A stretch of 64,000 nt of DNA from IMG/VR virus record IMGVR_UViG_3300020305_000266; one strand, 5' to 3'. The notes under the pieces were generated by a model. It had not been told where the DNA came from. It was given only the letters and a program-made list of their open reading frames with translations, and searched no databases. Positions 18,332-27,771 of the stretch are shown in pieces. The position numbers and the translations under genes are program-made. Every line of letters starts with the position of its first letter. The stretch's first letter is position 1. The DNA is from an uncultured virus (IMG/VR IMGVR_UViG_3300020305_000266) (lineage: Duplodnaviria; Heunggongvirae; Uroviricota; Caudoviricetes).

Positions 18332-21004
18332 ATGAGTTACGTAGACGCATATTTTGACAGGGACTCTGATATTATCAGGGTAGTTGAAAGAAAAGAAGGT
18401 AAGAGACTTTATACTGAATACCCGGTCAAATATACATTTTATTATGATGACCCTAGAGGTAAACATAAAAGCATATACGGTGATCCTATAAGCCGTATAG
18501 TAAGTAAAAGCACAAAAGACTTCCGCAAAGAATTAGCAATAAACAACAAACGTAAGTTATTTGAATCCGACATTAATCCTATATTCCAATGTCTAAGTGA
18601 AAACTATCTTAATCAAGATGCTCCTAAACCAAATGTAGCATTTTTTGATATTGAAACTGACTTTGATCCTGAACGTGGATTCGCAGACCCAAGCGATCCG
18701 TTTATGCCAATTACTGCTATTACTGTACACTTACAGTGGCTTGATGCTTTGATCACACTAGCAGTTCCGCCTAAAACACTTACAATGGAACAGGCTAAAG
18801 AAGAATGTAAAGAATGGGGACAAGACGTTATCCTTTTTGAAAAAGAAGGAGATATGTTACAATCGTTCTTAGATATAATTGAAGATAGTGATATTCTTAC
18901 TGGTTGGAACAGTGAAGGTTATGATATTCCTTATACTGTAAACAGAGTAAAACGTGTATTAAGCAAAGATGATACAAGACGTTTTTGTTTATGGAAACAA
19001 CTTCCTAAGAAACGTGAGTATGAGAAGTATGGTAAATCAGCGGAAACCTATGACCTAGTAGGTAGAGTACATTTAGATAGTTTAGAATTATATCGTAAAT
19101 ACACATATGAAGAAAGACATACTTACAGACTTGATGCCATTGGAGAACTTGAAGTTGGCGAAAAGAAGACTGTTTATGAAGGTACCCTCGATCAACTTTA
19201 TAACAATGACTTCCGAACGTTCATTGAATACAACAGACAAGATGTTGCACTACTGGACAAGCTGGACAAAAAACTAAGGTTTATAGATCTTAGTAACGAA
19301 CTTGCTCATGCGAATACTGTTTTGCTACAGACCACTATGGGTGCTGTCGCAGTTACAGAACAAGCTATAGTTAACGAAGCACATAGACGTGGTATGCGAG
19401 TGCCAAACAGGCCTAAACGTGATCCTGAATCTTCGACGGCGGCTGGTGCTTATGTTGCTTTTCCTAAAAAAGGATTACATAAATGGATTGGATCAATGGA
19501 CTTGAATTCACTGTATCCGTCCGTCATTAGAGCACTTAACATGGATCCAGCAACCATTGTCGGACAACTCCGTCCAACACTTACTGAAGAATACTTAAAT
19601 GAAGCAATGAATTTACAGAAAAAATCATTTGCTGGAGCATGGGAAGGAAAGTTTGGAACTTTAGAATATGAAGCAGTGATGGCAGAAAAACGTGATGTTG
19701 CTATTACATTAGACTGGGAAAATGGAAAAGAAGACATTCTTAGTGGTGCTGAAATATATAAGATGATCTTCGAAAGTAATAAGCCTTGGATGCTATCGTC
19801 TAATGGTACAATTTTTACTACAGAGCATGAAGGTATAATTCCTGGACTACTTAAACGTTGGTATAGTGAACGTAAAGAGCTACAAGGTCAGCTTAAGAAA
19901 GCAAAAGATGCCGATAACAAGATTGAAGTAGAATATTGGGACAAGCGACAACTTGTTAAAAAAATTAACCTAAATAGTTTGTATGGTGCTATACTTAATC
20001 CAGGCTGTAGATTCTTTGATAAACGTATCGGACAGTCTACTACACTATCAGGTAGAACTATTGTTAAACACATGTCAGCAGAAGTGAATAAAGTTATTAC
20101 TGGTACTTATGATCACGTTGGTGATGCTGTCATATACGGAGATACTGACTCTGTATATTTTAGTGCTTATCCAATTCTTAAAAAAGATATTGACGCTGGT
20201 AAGATTCCTTGGTCAAAAGAAAACGTAATTACATTATATGATCAAGTAGCTGAAGCGGCAAATTCAACATTTGATAAGTTTATGGCTGAAGCATTTCATT
20301 GTCCTAAAAGTAGAGCAGAAGTTATTGCGGCAGGTAGAGAAATTGTTGCTGAAAGCGGATTGTATATTACTAAGAAACGTTATGCGGCATTGGTTTATGA
20401 TTTGGAAGGTTTTAGAACAGACACAGAAGGTAAGCCTGGAAAAGTAAAAGCAATGGGCTTAGACTTGCGTAGATCAGATACTCCAGTGTTCATGCAAGAC
20501 TTCTTAAGTGAACTTTTATTAATGGTGTTAACAGATAAAACTGAAAAAGAAATACTGAATAGAATTACAGAATTTAGAGCTGACTTTAAGCAACGTCCGG
20601 GATACGAGAAAGGATCTCCTAAGAGAGCAAATAAAGTTGGACACTATAGAAGGTTAGAAGAAAAACAAGGCAAGGCAAATATGCCCGGACATGTTAGAGC
20701 AAGTATCAATTGGAATACACTAAAACGTATGAACGGGGACAAGTATTGCCAAGAAATAGTTGACGGTATGAAGGTTATCGTTTGTAAACTGAAACAAAAT
20801 CCACTAGGATATACAAGTGTTGCTTATCCAACTGATGAATTACGAATACCAGATTGGTTTAAAGCACTTCCTTTTGATAATGACGCAATGGAGGAAACAA
20901 TTATAGATAATAAATTAGATAATCTTATTGGTGTTCTCAATTATCATTTAGAAGATACTAAACAACACAATACTTTCAACACACTTTTTGACTTTGGAGA
21001 ATGA
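18332..21004 (+). CDS. family B DNA polymerase (gp43-like)
   Basis: ExoI FDIETD; DLNSLYPS; KINLNSLYG; YGDTDS; KKRY; ATG at 18332 with AGGAG SD. Confidence 0.96.
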   Translation: MSYVDAYFDRDSDIIRVVERKEGKRLYTEYPVKYTFYYDDPRGKHKSIYGDPISRIVSKSTKDFRKELAINNKRKLFESDINPIFQCLSENYLNQDAPKPNVAFFDIETDFDPERGFADPSDPFMPITAITVHLQWLDALITLAVPPKTLTMEQAKEECKEWGQDVILFEKEGDMLQSFLDIIEDSDILTGWNSEGYDIPYTVNRVKRVLSKDDTRRFCLWKQLPKKREYEKYGKSAETYDLVGRVHLDSLELYRKYTYEERHTYRLDAIGELEVGEKKTVYEGTLDQLYNNDFRTFIEYNRQDVALLDKLDKKLRFIDLSNELAHANTVLLQTTMGAVAVTEQAIVNEAHRRGMRVPNRPKRDPESSTAAGAYVAFPKKGLHKWIGSMDLNSLYPSVIRALNMDPATIVGQLRPTLTEEYLNEAMNLQKKSFAGAWEGKFGTLEYEAVMAEKRDVAITLDWENGKEDILSGAEIYKMIFESNKPWMLSSNGTIFTTEHEGIIPGLLKRWYSERKELQGQLKKAKDADNKIEVEYWDKRQLVKKINLNSLYGAILNPGCRFFDKRIGQSTTLSGRTIVKHMSAEVNKVITGTYDHVGDAVIYGDTDSVYFSAYPILKKDIDAGKIPWSKENVITLYDQVAEAANSTFDKFMAEAFHCPKSRAEVIAAGREIVAESGLYITKKRYAALVYDLEGFRTDTEGKPGKVKAMGLDLRRSDTPVFMQDFLSELLLMVLTDKTEKEILNRITEFRADFKQRPGYEKGSPKRANKVGHYRRLEEKQGKANMPGHVRASINWNTLKRMNGDKYCQEIVDGMKVIVCKLKQNPLGYTSVAYPTDELRIPDWFKALPFDNDAMEETIIDNKLDNLIGVLNYHLEDTKQHNTFNTLFDFGE

Positions 21005-21005
21005 T

Positions 21006-21218
21006 ATGATACACACAATACAACAATTAATGGACAAAGTAAGTGCTATGCATGGCTTGGCTGTACAAGCACATAGGGAAAAATATAAAACACATACAAA
21101 AGAATATGATGTTGATCTTGTAACACATTTAGTTGAACAAATTCAAGCTATGGCTGGAGACATTTATAACGATAGAACTCCACACCCTAAGCTACAAGCA
21201 AAGAAGGAGAAGAAATAA
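21006..21218 (+). CDS. hypothetical protein
   Basis: GGAG SD, ATG at 21006. Confidence 0.6.
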   Translation: MIHTIQQLMDKVSAMHGLAVQAHREKYKTHTKEYDVDLVTHLVEQIQAMAGDIYNDRTPHPKLQAKKEKK

Positions 21219-21219
21219 A

Positions 21220-21642
21220 TTGAATATATTTGCTAAAATTAGTGAACGATTGCCAGAGTTTTGTCTGAGCCATTGGTTACTGAGAATACCACTAGCAATA
21301 GTTTTTATTCAGCAGGGATTAGATAAAATTCCAGTTGATATAGACACAGCTGATTCATTTGGATTGCCTTATCTAGTATGGTGGGTAGTTGCTTATGGTG
21401 AATTAGGAGCGGGTATAGGATTACTTGCGGGCGGACTTATGGCAAACAAGTGGTTAGAAAATTGGCCATGGATGGGTGATACCGTTACTAGATTCAGTGG
21501 TATTACAATCAGTTGTATTATGACCGGAGTGATTTGGGTAGGAGAACCTGAAAGTTTTTGGGACGTAATTTTATACGACAATCTACATGTATTTTTATGG
21601 GTAGGTGGTGTATTTTTTGCTTTAAGGGGAAATAGAACATGA
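21220..21642 (+). CDS. DoxX family membrane protein
   Basis: LLRIPLAIVFIQQGLDK and ELGAGIGLLAG; TTG start after AAGGAG. Confidence 0.75.
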   Translation: MNIFAKISERLPEFCLSHWLLRIPLAIVFIQQGLDKIPVDIDTADSFGLPYLVWWVVAYGELGAGIGLLAGGLMANKWLENWPWMGDTVTRFSGITISCIMTGVIWVGEPESFWDVILYDNLHVFLWVGGVFFALRGNRT

Positions 21643-21920
21643 GTGATCCGAATCAACCATACCATAACAAAGGCTTTGGAATATCCTTCATGTGGATAAT
21701 TTTAGTTGTCTTTATTTTTCCTTTAGTCGCTATGATGAGCATGGACGATACATGGAGTAGATTTTTAAAAAAGTACGGAGATCCTATTACAACAAATTGT
21801 TGGGAAAATAGCAAACATGAAAAAGTTTGTTCAGTACCTACTGAAGGTGCTAAATTGGCAGACTGTAAGTTTTTAAGGAACTTTTGTATAGAAGAAGTAT
21901 ATAGATGGAGAGCGAAATGA
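21639..21920 (+). CDS. membrane protein with Cys-containing C-terminus
   Basis: one TM helix; ATGA coupling. Confidence 0.6.
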   Translation: MSDPNQPYHNKGFGISFMWIILVVFIFPLVAMMSMDDTWSRFLKKYGDPITTNCWENSKHEKVCSVPTEGAKLADCKFLRNFCIEEVYRWRAK

Positions 21921-22003
21921 TTATATCAGACGCAGAAACAATGTTATTAACATTAGTACTAGGTGGACTATTTTATGCTTACCTATGTTGGAGAAATTTA
22001 TGA
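21917..22003 (+). CDS. 28-aa single-TM peptide (absent from ORF track)
   Basis: MIISDAETMLLTLVLGGLFYAYLCWRNL; GGAG SD; ATGA overlaps at both ends. Confidence 0.6.
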   Translation: MIISDAETMLLTLVLGGLFYAYLCWRNL

Positions 22004-22770
22004 AACTTACTTTAATTGGATTCGGTTTTGTAGGTAAAGCAGTACATAATTTATTACAAGATCATTATGATGTAAAGGTAGTAGATCCACAATATAATAA
22101 TAATGTTATTACAGAAGATTCAGATGGCTATATTGTTTGTGTTCCAACACCAAGCTCACCTAATCTTAATGCTTGTGACATGAGCATAGTTTGGGACGTC
22201 ATAAAAAAATGTCCTGACGATAAACCTATATTAATTAAAAGTACTATAAGCCTTGAAGGTTATCAAGAAATTAAGTCTTGGAACAAACGAATTACATTTA
22301 GTCCTGAATTTTTGACAGCCGCGAATGCTAACGAAGACTTTAAGAATCAAACCAATATGTTATTTGGAGGTTATGATACAGACTTTTGGTATGATATATT
22401 CATTTTAGTCAAAGGATTTAAACCTGTATATGGAACTGTTGAAGAACTTATAATGGCAAAATATTTAAGAAATAGTTTTTTAGCTACCAAAGTTGCGTTC
22501 TTTAATGAAGTTTATGATTTCTGTAAATCAACAAATATTGAATATGAGAATGTTGCTGATTTAGTAGGCATTGATGATAGAATTACGAAAAGCCATATGA
22601 TGATTCCTGGACCAGATGGTAGCAGAGGATTTGGCGGTGCTTGTTTCCCAAAAGATACAAAAGCCCTTTTACATACTTTTTCAAGTTATAATAAACCGTT
22701 TACTATATTAAAAGAGGTAGTAGACTCAAACGAAAGGACAATCAATGAACATTCTGATAACAGGTCATGA
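22000..22770 (+). CDS. UDP-glucose/GDP-mannose dehydrogenase family (short form)
   Basis: GFGFVG, CVPTP, IKST, SPEFL and GFGGACFPKD motifs. Confidence 0.88.
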   Translation: MKLTLIGFGFVGKAVHNLLQDHYDVKVVDPQYNNNVITEDSDGYIVCVPTPSSPNLNACDMSIVWDVIKKCPDDKPILIKSTISLEGYQEIKSWNKRITFSPEFLTAANANEDFKNQTNMLFGGYDTDFWYDIFILVKGFKPVYGTVEELIMAKYLRNSFLATKVAFFNEVYDFCKSTNIEYENVADLVGIDDRITKSHMMIPGPDGSRGFGGACFPKDTKALLHTFSSYNKPFTILKEVVDSNERTINEHSDNRS

Positions 22771-23461
22771 GGGATTTATAGGCACAGAATTATGGAAAAG
22801 ATTATCTACTAAACATGATTTAATGGGATTAGATATAAAAAGTGGAGACGATATACTTACATGTGAGCTTCCACACCCTAGTGTAGTAGAAATGGTAATA
22901 CATTTAGCAGGTATAGGTGGAGTCAGAGAAAGTCTTGCTGATCCTCAAAAGTATTGGAATAACAATGTTGAAGGCACAAAAAGACTTCTTAATTATTATC
23001 CTAATGCTAGAATTTGTGTGGCAGGATCTAGTTCACAGTACGAACCTCACCTAAATCCATATGCGGCAAGTAAAAATATTATAGAATATATACCTCACGA
23101 TAATTGCTGTTTTATGAGATTCCATACAGTTTATGGACCTATTCCTAGAGCTAATATGTTTTTCGATAAACTATTAAACAACAAACTAGAGTATGTTACA
23201 AATCATAAAAGAGACTTTATACACATTGAAGATCTTTGTGAAGCAATTGAAATAATAATGAATAGTAAAACCGTAGGTTCGTTAGATGTTGGTACAGGAG
23301 TTTGTGTAAGTATTCACAACATTAGACCTGACTTACCTGTAAAACTAAATACTGTTGGTGAAAGAAAGATCACACAGGCAAATACAAAAAAACTTAGAGA
23401 TTTAGGTTTTACACATAAGCATACCGTAGAAGGCTTTTTAAAAGAAAGAGGCATTAAATGA
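22745..23461 (+). CDS. NAD-dependent epimerase/dehydratase
   Basis: ITGHEGFIG, HLAG, YAASK and RDFIHIED motifs. Confidence 0.88.
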   Translation: MNILITGHEGFIGTELWKRLSTKHDLMGLDIKSGDDILTCELPHPSVVEMVIHLAGIGGVRESLADPQKYWNNNVEGTKRLLNYYPNARICVAGSSSQYEPHLNPYAASKNIIEYIPHDNCCFMRFHTVYGPIPRANMFFDKLLNNKLEYVTNHKRDFIHIEDLCEAIEIIMNSKTVGSLDVGTGVCVSIHNIRPDLPVKLNTVGERKITQANTKKLRDLGFTHKHTVEGFLKERGIK

Positions 23462-23865
23462 AAATAGGCTTTACTTGTTCTACATTTGACTTACTACATG
23501 CCGGCCATGTAGTTATGTTAAGAGAAGCAAAAGAACAATGCGACTATCTAATTTGCGGTCTTCAGGTTGATCCTAGCTTAGACAGAAAAGATAAGAATTC
23601 CCCAGTACAAACTTTAGTAGAAAGATACAGCCAATTACATGCTTGTAAGTATGTAAATGAAATTGTCCCATATCAAACCGAAACAGATTTAGAAGATATA
23701 TTGGAAATGTTCAATATAAATGTAAGAATATTGGGTGAAGAATATCGAGAAAAGGATTTTACAGGTAAAGATATCTGTGAGAAAAGAGGTATACAACTAT
23801 ACTTCAATACAAGAGATCACCGTTTTAGCAGTAGTGATCTAAGAAAAAGAGTAAAAAACTGTTGA
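23458..23865 (+). CDS. glycerol-3-phosphate cytidylyltransferase-like
   Basis: FDLLHAGH (HIGH) and FSSSDLR motifs. Confidence 0.85.
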   Translation: MKIGFTCSTFDLLHAGHVVMLREAKEQCDYLICGLQVDPSLDRKDKNSPVQTLVERYSQLHACKYVNEIVPYQTETDLEDILEMFNINVRILGEEYREKDFTGKDICEKRGIQLYFNTRDHRFSSSDLRKRVKNC

Positions 23866-23890
23866 CAAATAATGACAAATATCGTATACT
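23862..23890 (+). promoter_or_regulatory. sigma70-type promoter
   Basis: TTGACA-17 nt-TATACT. Confidence 0.75.
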
Positions 23891-23909
23891 ATAAAATAGG
23901 AGAAGCAAT

Positions 23910-24644
23910 ATGAAAGATATTTTACAAGACGTAGTCGCAAAAACACATGCCCTTGGGTTTTTAAACTTGGTAAAGGTTACAGGTGATGAAACGTCTACAA
24001 CAATCGAATCAATGGCTGAAGATAGAAGTGTAATTCTGACAGCCAATACAAAAGACAAAGTAGAAGAGTTTGGTGCTAATGTATTTGGCATGCCAAACAT
24101 GGATAAGTTGGCATTACATTTAAAAAATCCAGAATATCAAAAGAATAGTAAATTAACAATTACTAAAGCACAAAGGAATGGAGTTGAAGTTCCTACAGGT
24201 ATTCATTTTGAAAACGAAGCAGGAGACTTTCAAAACGATTTTAGATTTATGGTAGCAGAAATCATAAACGAAAAACTTAAAAGTGTTAAATTTAAAGGTG
24301 CGTCTTGGGACGTTAACTTTACTCCATCTCTAGCATCTATTACTAGAATGAAACTACAAAGTGCCGCACACACAGAAGAAACTGTTTTTACTGTCAAAGT
24401 TGAAGACAAGGACTTAATGTTTTACTTTGGTGATGCTAATACACACGCAGGTAAGTTTGTATTTCAAAATGCTATTGAAGGAGACCTAAAGCATACTTGG
24501 GCTTATCCAGTAGCACAGGTACAAGCTATACTTAACCTGGATGGAACAATAACAATGTCACTCAGTGATCAAGGAGCAATGCAGATCGCAGTTGACAGTG
24601 GAATGGCAACTTATAATTACATTTTGCCAGCACAAAGCAAATAG
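23910..24644 (+). CDS. DNA sliding clamp (gp45/PCNA-like)
   Basis: 244 aa with a PCNA-like alpha/beta pattern ending YNYILPA; located in the replication arm. Confidence 0.6.
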   Translation: MKDILQDVVAKTHALGFLNLVKVTGDETSTTIESMAEDRSVILTANTKDKVEEFGANVFGMPNMDKLALHLKNPEYQKNSKLTITKAQRNGVEVPTGIHFENEAGDFQNDFRFMVAEIINEKLKSVKFKGASWDVNFTPSLASITRMKLQSAAHTEETVFTVKVEDKDLMFYFGDANTHAGKFVFQNAIEGDLKHTWAYPVAQVQAILNLDGTITMSLSDQGAMQIAVDSGMATYNYILPAQSK

Positions 24645-24651
24645 GAGTTTT

Positions 24652-24846
24652 ATGACCGATGATAGATCAGAAGACGCAACATATGAAAATGAGAATAGCA
24701 CAGTAACAATACCTCTTAAGGAGTACGACAAGTTGAGAGAAAAGCAAAAGTATATTACAGATAAAGATATGATTTCTGTAGTAGATAAAATTGAAGAACT
24801 TGTTAGAGCTTTAAGGAAACACATTGTAAGGACGGACTTAGATTGA
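24652..24846 (+). CDS. hypothetical protein
   Basis: AGGAG SD; VTIPLKEYDKL. Confidence 0.65.
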   Translation: MTDDRSEDATYENENSTVTIPLKEYDKLREKQKYITDKDMISVVDKIEELVRALRKHIVRTDLD

Positions 24847-26303
24847 ACACAAACCTAACTAACGAACAAAAGGATTACGCAATATTTTTGCCAGCTTTAA
24901 GCGGCTTCTATGCTACCTTTGTTGGCAAACAACGTAGAGAGGAATATGTTGAGAAAACACGTATTCCTAAATGCTTTCCTAATGAAGTAGAAAGTTTGAA
25001 CTGGCTAAATCCAAATAAGTCTATGTTTAACTATCATTGGAGTTTATATTCGGCAGGACATGCTGACTTAGATGTTAATAAAGATGCTCCTAAGGAAGAT
25101 ATGGTAAGAGATAGAGATCATAAAAATAGTTGGCTTTTAGGCGATAGTGGTGGTTTTCAAATAGGTAAAGGTGTTTGGGAAGGCGACTGGAAGGATCCTA
25201 ATTGTCCTAAAGCAATGAAGAAACGTACACAAGTTCTTACGTGGATGGATGCTTATATGGACTATGGAATGATACTTGATATTCCTGCTTGGGTGTCAAG
25301 ATCAGAAGCAGGACAAAAGGCAACAGGCATAACAACTTATCAAGAAGCAGTAAATGCCACACGTATTAATAACGATTACTTTATGAAAAATCGTAATGGT
25401 AACTGTAAGTTCTTAAATGTATTACAAGGTGAGAATCATGCTGACGCAGAAGATTGGTATCAGCAAATGAAAGATTACTGTGATCCTGTTAAGTATCCTG
25501 ACACACACTTTAATGGATGGTCGATGGGTGGTCAGAACATGTGTGATATCCATCTAGTCTTAAAAAGATTGGTAGCATTACGTTTTGATGGATTACTTGA
25601 AAAAGGTGTACATGACTTTATGCACTTCTTAGGTACAAGTAAATTAGAATGGGCAACGTTACTAACTGATATACAAAGAGCAGTTCGAAAATATCACAAT
25701 GAAAATTTTACAATTACATTTGATTGTGCTTCTCCTTTTCTTGCTACTGCTAATGGACAACTGTATATACAAACTGAAACTGAAGACAGAACTAAATGGG
25801 TATACAGAATGGTACCAAGCATTGATGATAAGAAGTATGCTACTGATACACGTAACTTTAGAGATGCTGTTTTACAAGATGGAATATTCAAAAACTTTAC
25901 AGATAGTCCAATAACAAAGAATTTAGAAGTAAAAGATATTTGTATATATGCTCCAGGAGATTTAAATAAAATAGGCAAAGAAGGAAAAACTAGTTGGGAT
26001 AGCTTTTCTTATGCTATACAGATGGCTCACAATGTTTGGAGCCACATTAATGCCGTACAAGAAGCAAACAGAAAATATGATTCAGGAACAACTCCCGCAA
26101 TGCTTGTTGATGAATCATTTGACAGAATTCTATTTAGAGATGTTATTGAAGCAATCTTCGCAACATCAAATAGAGATGAAGCAGAAGCAGTTATAGAAGA
26201 ATTTAATAAATTTTGGTTATCTATTATAGGTACACGTGGTGCCGTAGGTAAAAAGACAGTTAATGCTTCAACACAATTTGGAAACCTATTCGAGGAGGTA
26301 TAA
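24843..26303 (+). CDS. TGT/DpdA-like guanine transglycosylase
   Basis: DSGGFQ, MILDIP, VLQG, HFLG and FDCAS motifs (both catalytic Asp positions present); no CxCxxC zinc site; TTG start. Confidence 0.8.
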   Translation: MNTNLTNEQKDYAIFLPALSGFYATFVGKQRREEYVEKTRIPKCFPNEVESLNWLNPNKSMFNYHWSLYSAGHADLDVNKDAPKEDMVRDRDHKNSWLLGDSGGFQIGKGVWEGDWKDPNCPKAMKKRTQVLTWMDAYMDYGMILDIPAWVSRSEAGQKATGITTYQEAVNATRINNDYFMKNRNGNCKFLNVLQGENHADAEDWYQQMKDYCDPVKYPDTHFNGWSMGGQNMCDIHLVLKRLVALRFDGLLEKGVHDFMHFLGTSKLEWATLLTDIQRAVRKYHNENFTITFDCASPFLATANGQLYIQTETEDRTKWVYRMVPSIDDKKYATDTRNFRDAVLQDGIFKNFTDSPITKNLEVKDICIYAPGDLNKIGKEGKTSWDSFSYAIQMAHNVWSHINAVQEANRKYDSGTTPAMLVDESFDRILFRDVIEAIFATSNRDEAEAVIEEFNKFWLSIIGTRGAVGKKTVNASTQFGNLFEEV

Positions 26304-26304
26304 T

Positions 26305-26487
26305 ATGGGAACAGGTAGAGCAAGTAAAAAAAGTAAAAAACTTTTGAACTTACACAATTATCTACACAATAAGGTGGAAGAAGTTGAAGTTGAAAGAAAC
26401 GGCGATAGAACATGGCAGACAAAAGAACATTTAATCAGACTTAAGAAACAAAAGTTGGCAATAAAGGACAGGTTAAAAAATGAATAG
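26305..26487 (+). CDS. DUF465/YdcH-like coiled-coil protein
   Basis: LKKQKLAIKD motif; GGAGG SD. Confidence 0.55.
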   Translation: MGTGRASKKSKKLLNLHNYLHNKVEEVEVERNGDRTWQTKEHLIRLKKQKLAIKDRLKNE

Positions 26488-27025
26488 AGATTATAACAAC
26501 GGTCGACAAGAGAATATAGATTACTTTGTTGGCAAAGAAGTAGAAAAGACTCCGGCATTTGATAAAGATACGTTATTTGTAGTAGGTATCAAACCTGTTA
26601 AGGACATAATAAAATTAGCAACAAGAAATAACTGTGATCATATTTACTTAGGAGCCAATCAAAGTTTTCATGTTACAGGAGACACTGGAACCGAAGAAGA
26701 AAGTCAAAGCTGGGATGAAATGGTTACAGAACTTTTAAAAGCAGGTCTTTGGGTTACATTAGACTATGATGTAAGATACCATGAATATGTTATTGAAAGT
26801 GGATATAACGAACACGATAATTTTATAAGTATGATTTCAGTAAAATTGCCTTATGTTAAACAATTAAACTATAACGCATGTATTAAGGTTGACGACAATA
26901 CATTTAAAGGTACTAATCCTGGAGTTTGGGTATCCTATGTACAAGAACATTTGGATAGAAATAAGTTTACAGATTGGGAAAAATATACCCAAGATAAGCC
27001 AATTAAGGTTGACAGTGAGCATTAA
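26480..27025 (+). CDS. hypothetical protein in the deazaguanine cluster
   Basis: 181-aa ORF, HIYLGANQSF; lies between the TGT-like and QueD-like genes. Confidence 0.7.
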   Translation: MNRDYNNGRQENIDYFVGKEVEKTPAFDKDTLFVVGIKPVKDIIKLATRNNCDHIYLGANQSFHVTGDTGTEEESQSWDEMVTELLKAGLWVTLDYDVRYHEYVIESGYNEHDNFISMISVKLPYVKQLNYNACIKVDDNTFKGTNPGVWVSYVQEHLDRNKFTDWEKYTQDKPIKVDSEH

Positions 27026-27037
27026 AGGTAGTATACT
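27009..27037 (+). promoter_or_regulatory. sigma70-type promoter
   Basis: TTGACA-17 nt-TATACT. Confidence 0.65.
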
Positions 27038-27118
27038 ATGTTTGGGAATGTTGAACAAGATGAAGAGCCAGTTAGATATTACGACTGGATGCTTTGGAAA
27101 ATGAGGAAAGAGGCAAAT

Positions 27119-27502
27119 ATGAAAACAGAAGCAAAAAGAATGATTTGGGTAACTTTTACTAAAGAAGGTATCCATAAGTATCCTGCGGCACTGGATGATC
27201 CAAGTCTTGCTACAGGTGATGAATATGACGTAAGTTTTTTAGGTTACCCACACAGACACATATTCCATTTTAAGGTAGCAATATCTGTTACACATAATGA
27301 TAGAGATATTGAATTTATACAATTTAAACGTTGGTTAATGAAACTATATGAAGGTGAATTAAATGTAGATTACAAGAGTTGTGAAATGATGTCCGATGAT
27401 TTGTATGATAAGATTACAGAAAAATATCCTAACAGAGAAGTACATATTGATATTTCAGAGGACGGTGAGAACGGTGCTCACATTGAATACCCTAGCTACT
27501 AA
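27119..27502 (+). CDS. QueD-like T-fold protein with LxxxHRHxF motif (DpdL-like); ORF open from 27038
   Basis: EGIH...LGYPHRHIFHF...DIEF...SCE...EDGENGA; lacks the QueD CxxxHGH motif. Confidence 0.75.
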   Translation: MKTEAKRMIWVTFTKEGIHKYPAALDDPSLATGDEYDVSFLGYPHRHIFHFKVAISVTHNDRDIEFIQFKRWLMKLYEGELNVDYKSCEMMSDDLYDKITEKYPNREVHIDISEDGENGAHIEYPSY

Positions 27503-27513
27503 GGAGAAATAAA

Positions 27514-27771
27514 GTGAAAAAGGGTCAATACTTTAACCAGAATCCAAAGATTGTACAAATCTTTGACGATTTAGAACAATACAAAAAGTTTTGCCAGACT
27601 GCGTTTGGTTATGGCCATGATGGTTATGTTTATAACGAAAAAGATCTTTATAATGACAAGAGTCGTGCTTGGCGTGCCTTTTGTAATTTTAAGAAAGGTA
27701 AAAAACGTCCATACTTTAAAAAGTTTGATAAGAAGTTTCAAGGACGTTACTATAGTAAAAGGAGACACTAA
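27514..27771 (+). CDS. basic hypothetical protein
   Basis: AAGGAG SD, GTG start. Confidence 0.65.
   Translation: MKKGQYFNQNPKIVQIFDDLEQYKKFCQTAFGYGHDGYVYNEKDLYNDKSRAWRAFCNFKKGKKRPYFKKFDKKFQGRYYSKRRH

Noticed and set aside
18332..21004. Intein or intron in the DNA polymerase
   Set aside because: The ORF is continuous at 890 aa with normal motif spacing and no splice-junction motifs.
24843..26303. Canonical tRNA-guanine transglycosylase (tgt) call
   Set aside because: It lacks the CxCxxC zinc site, is longer, and sits beside the clamp gene, so no gene symbol was assigned. tRNA activity is not formally excluded.
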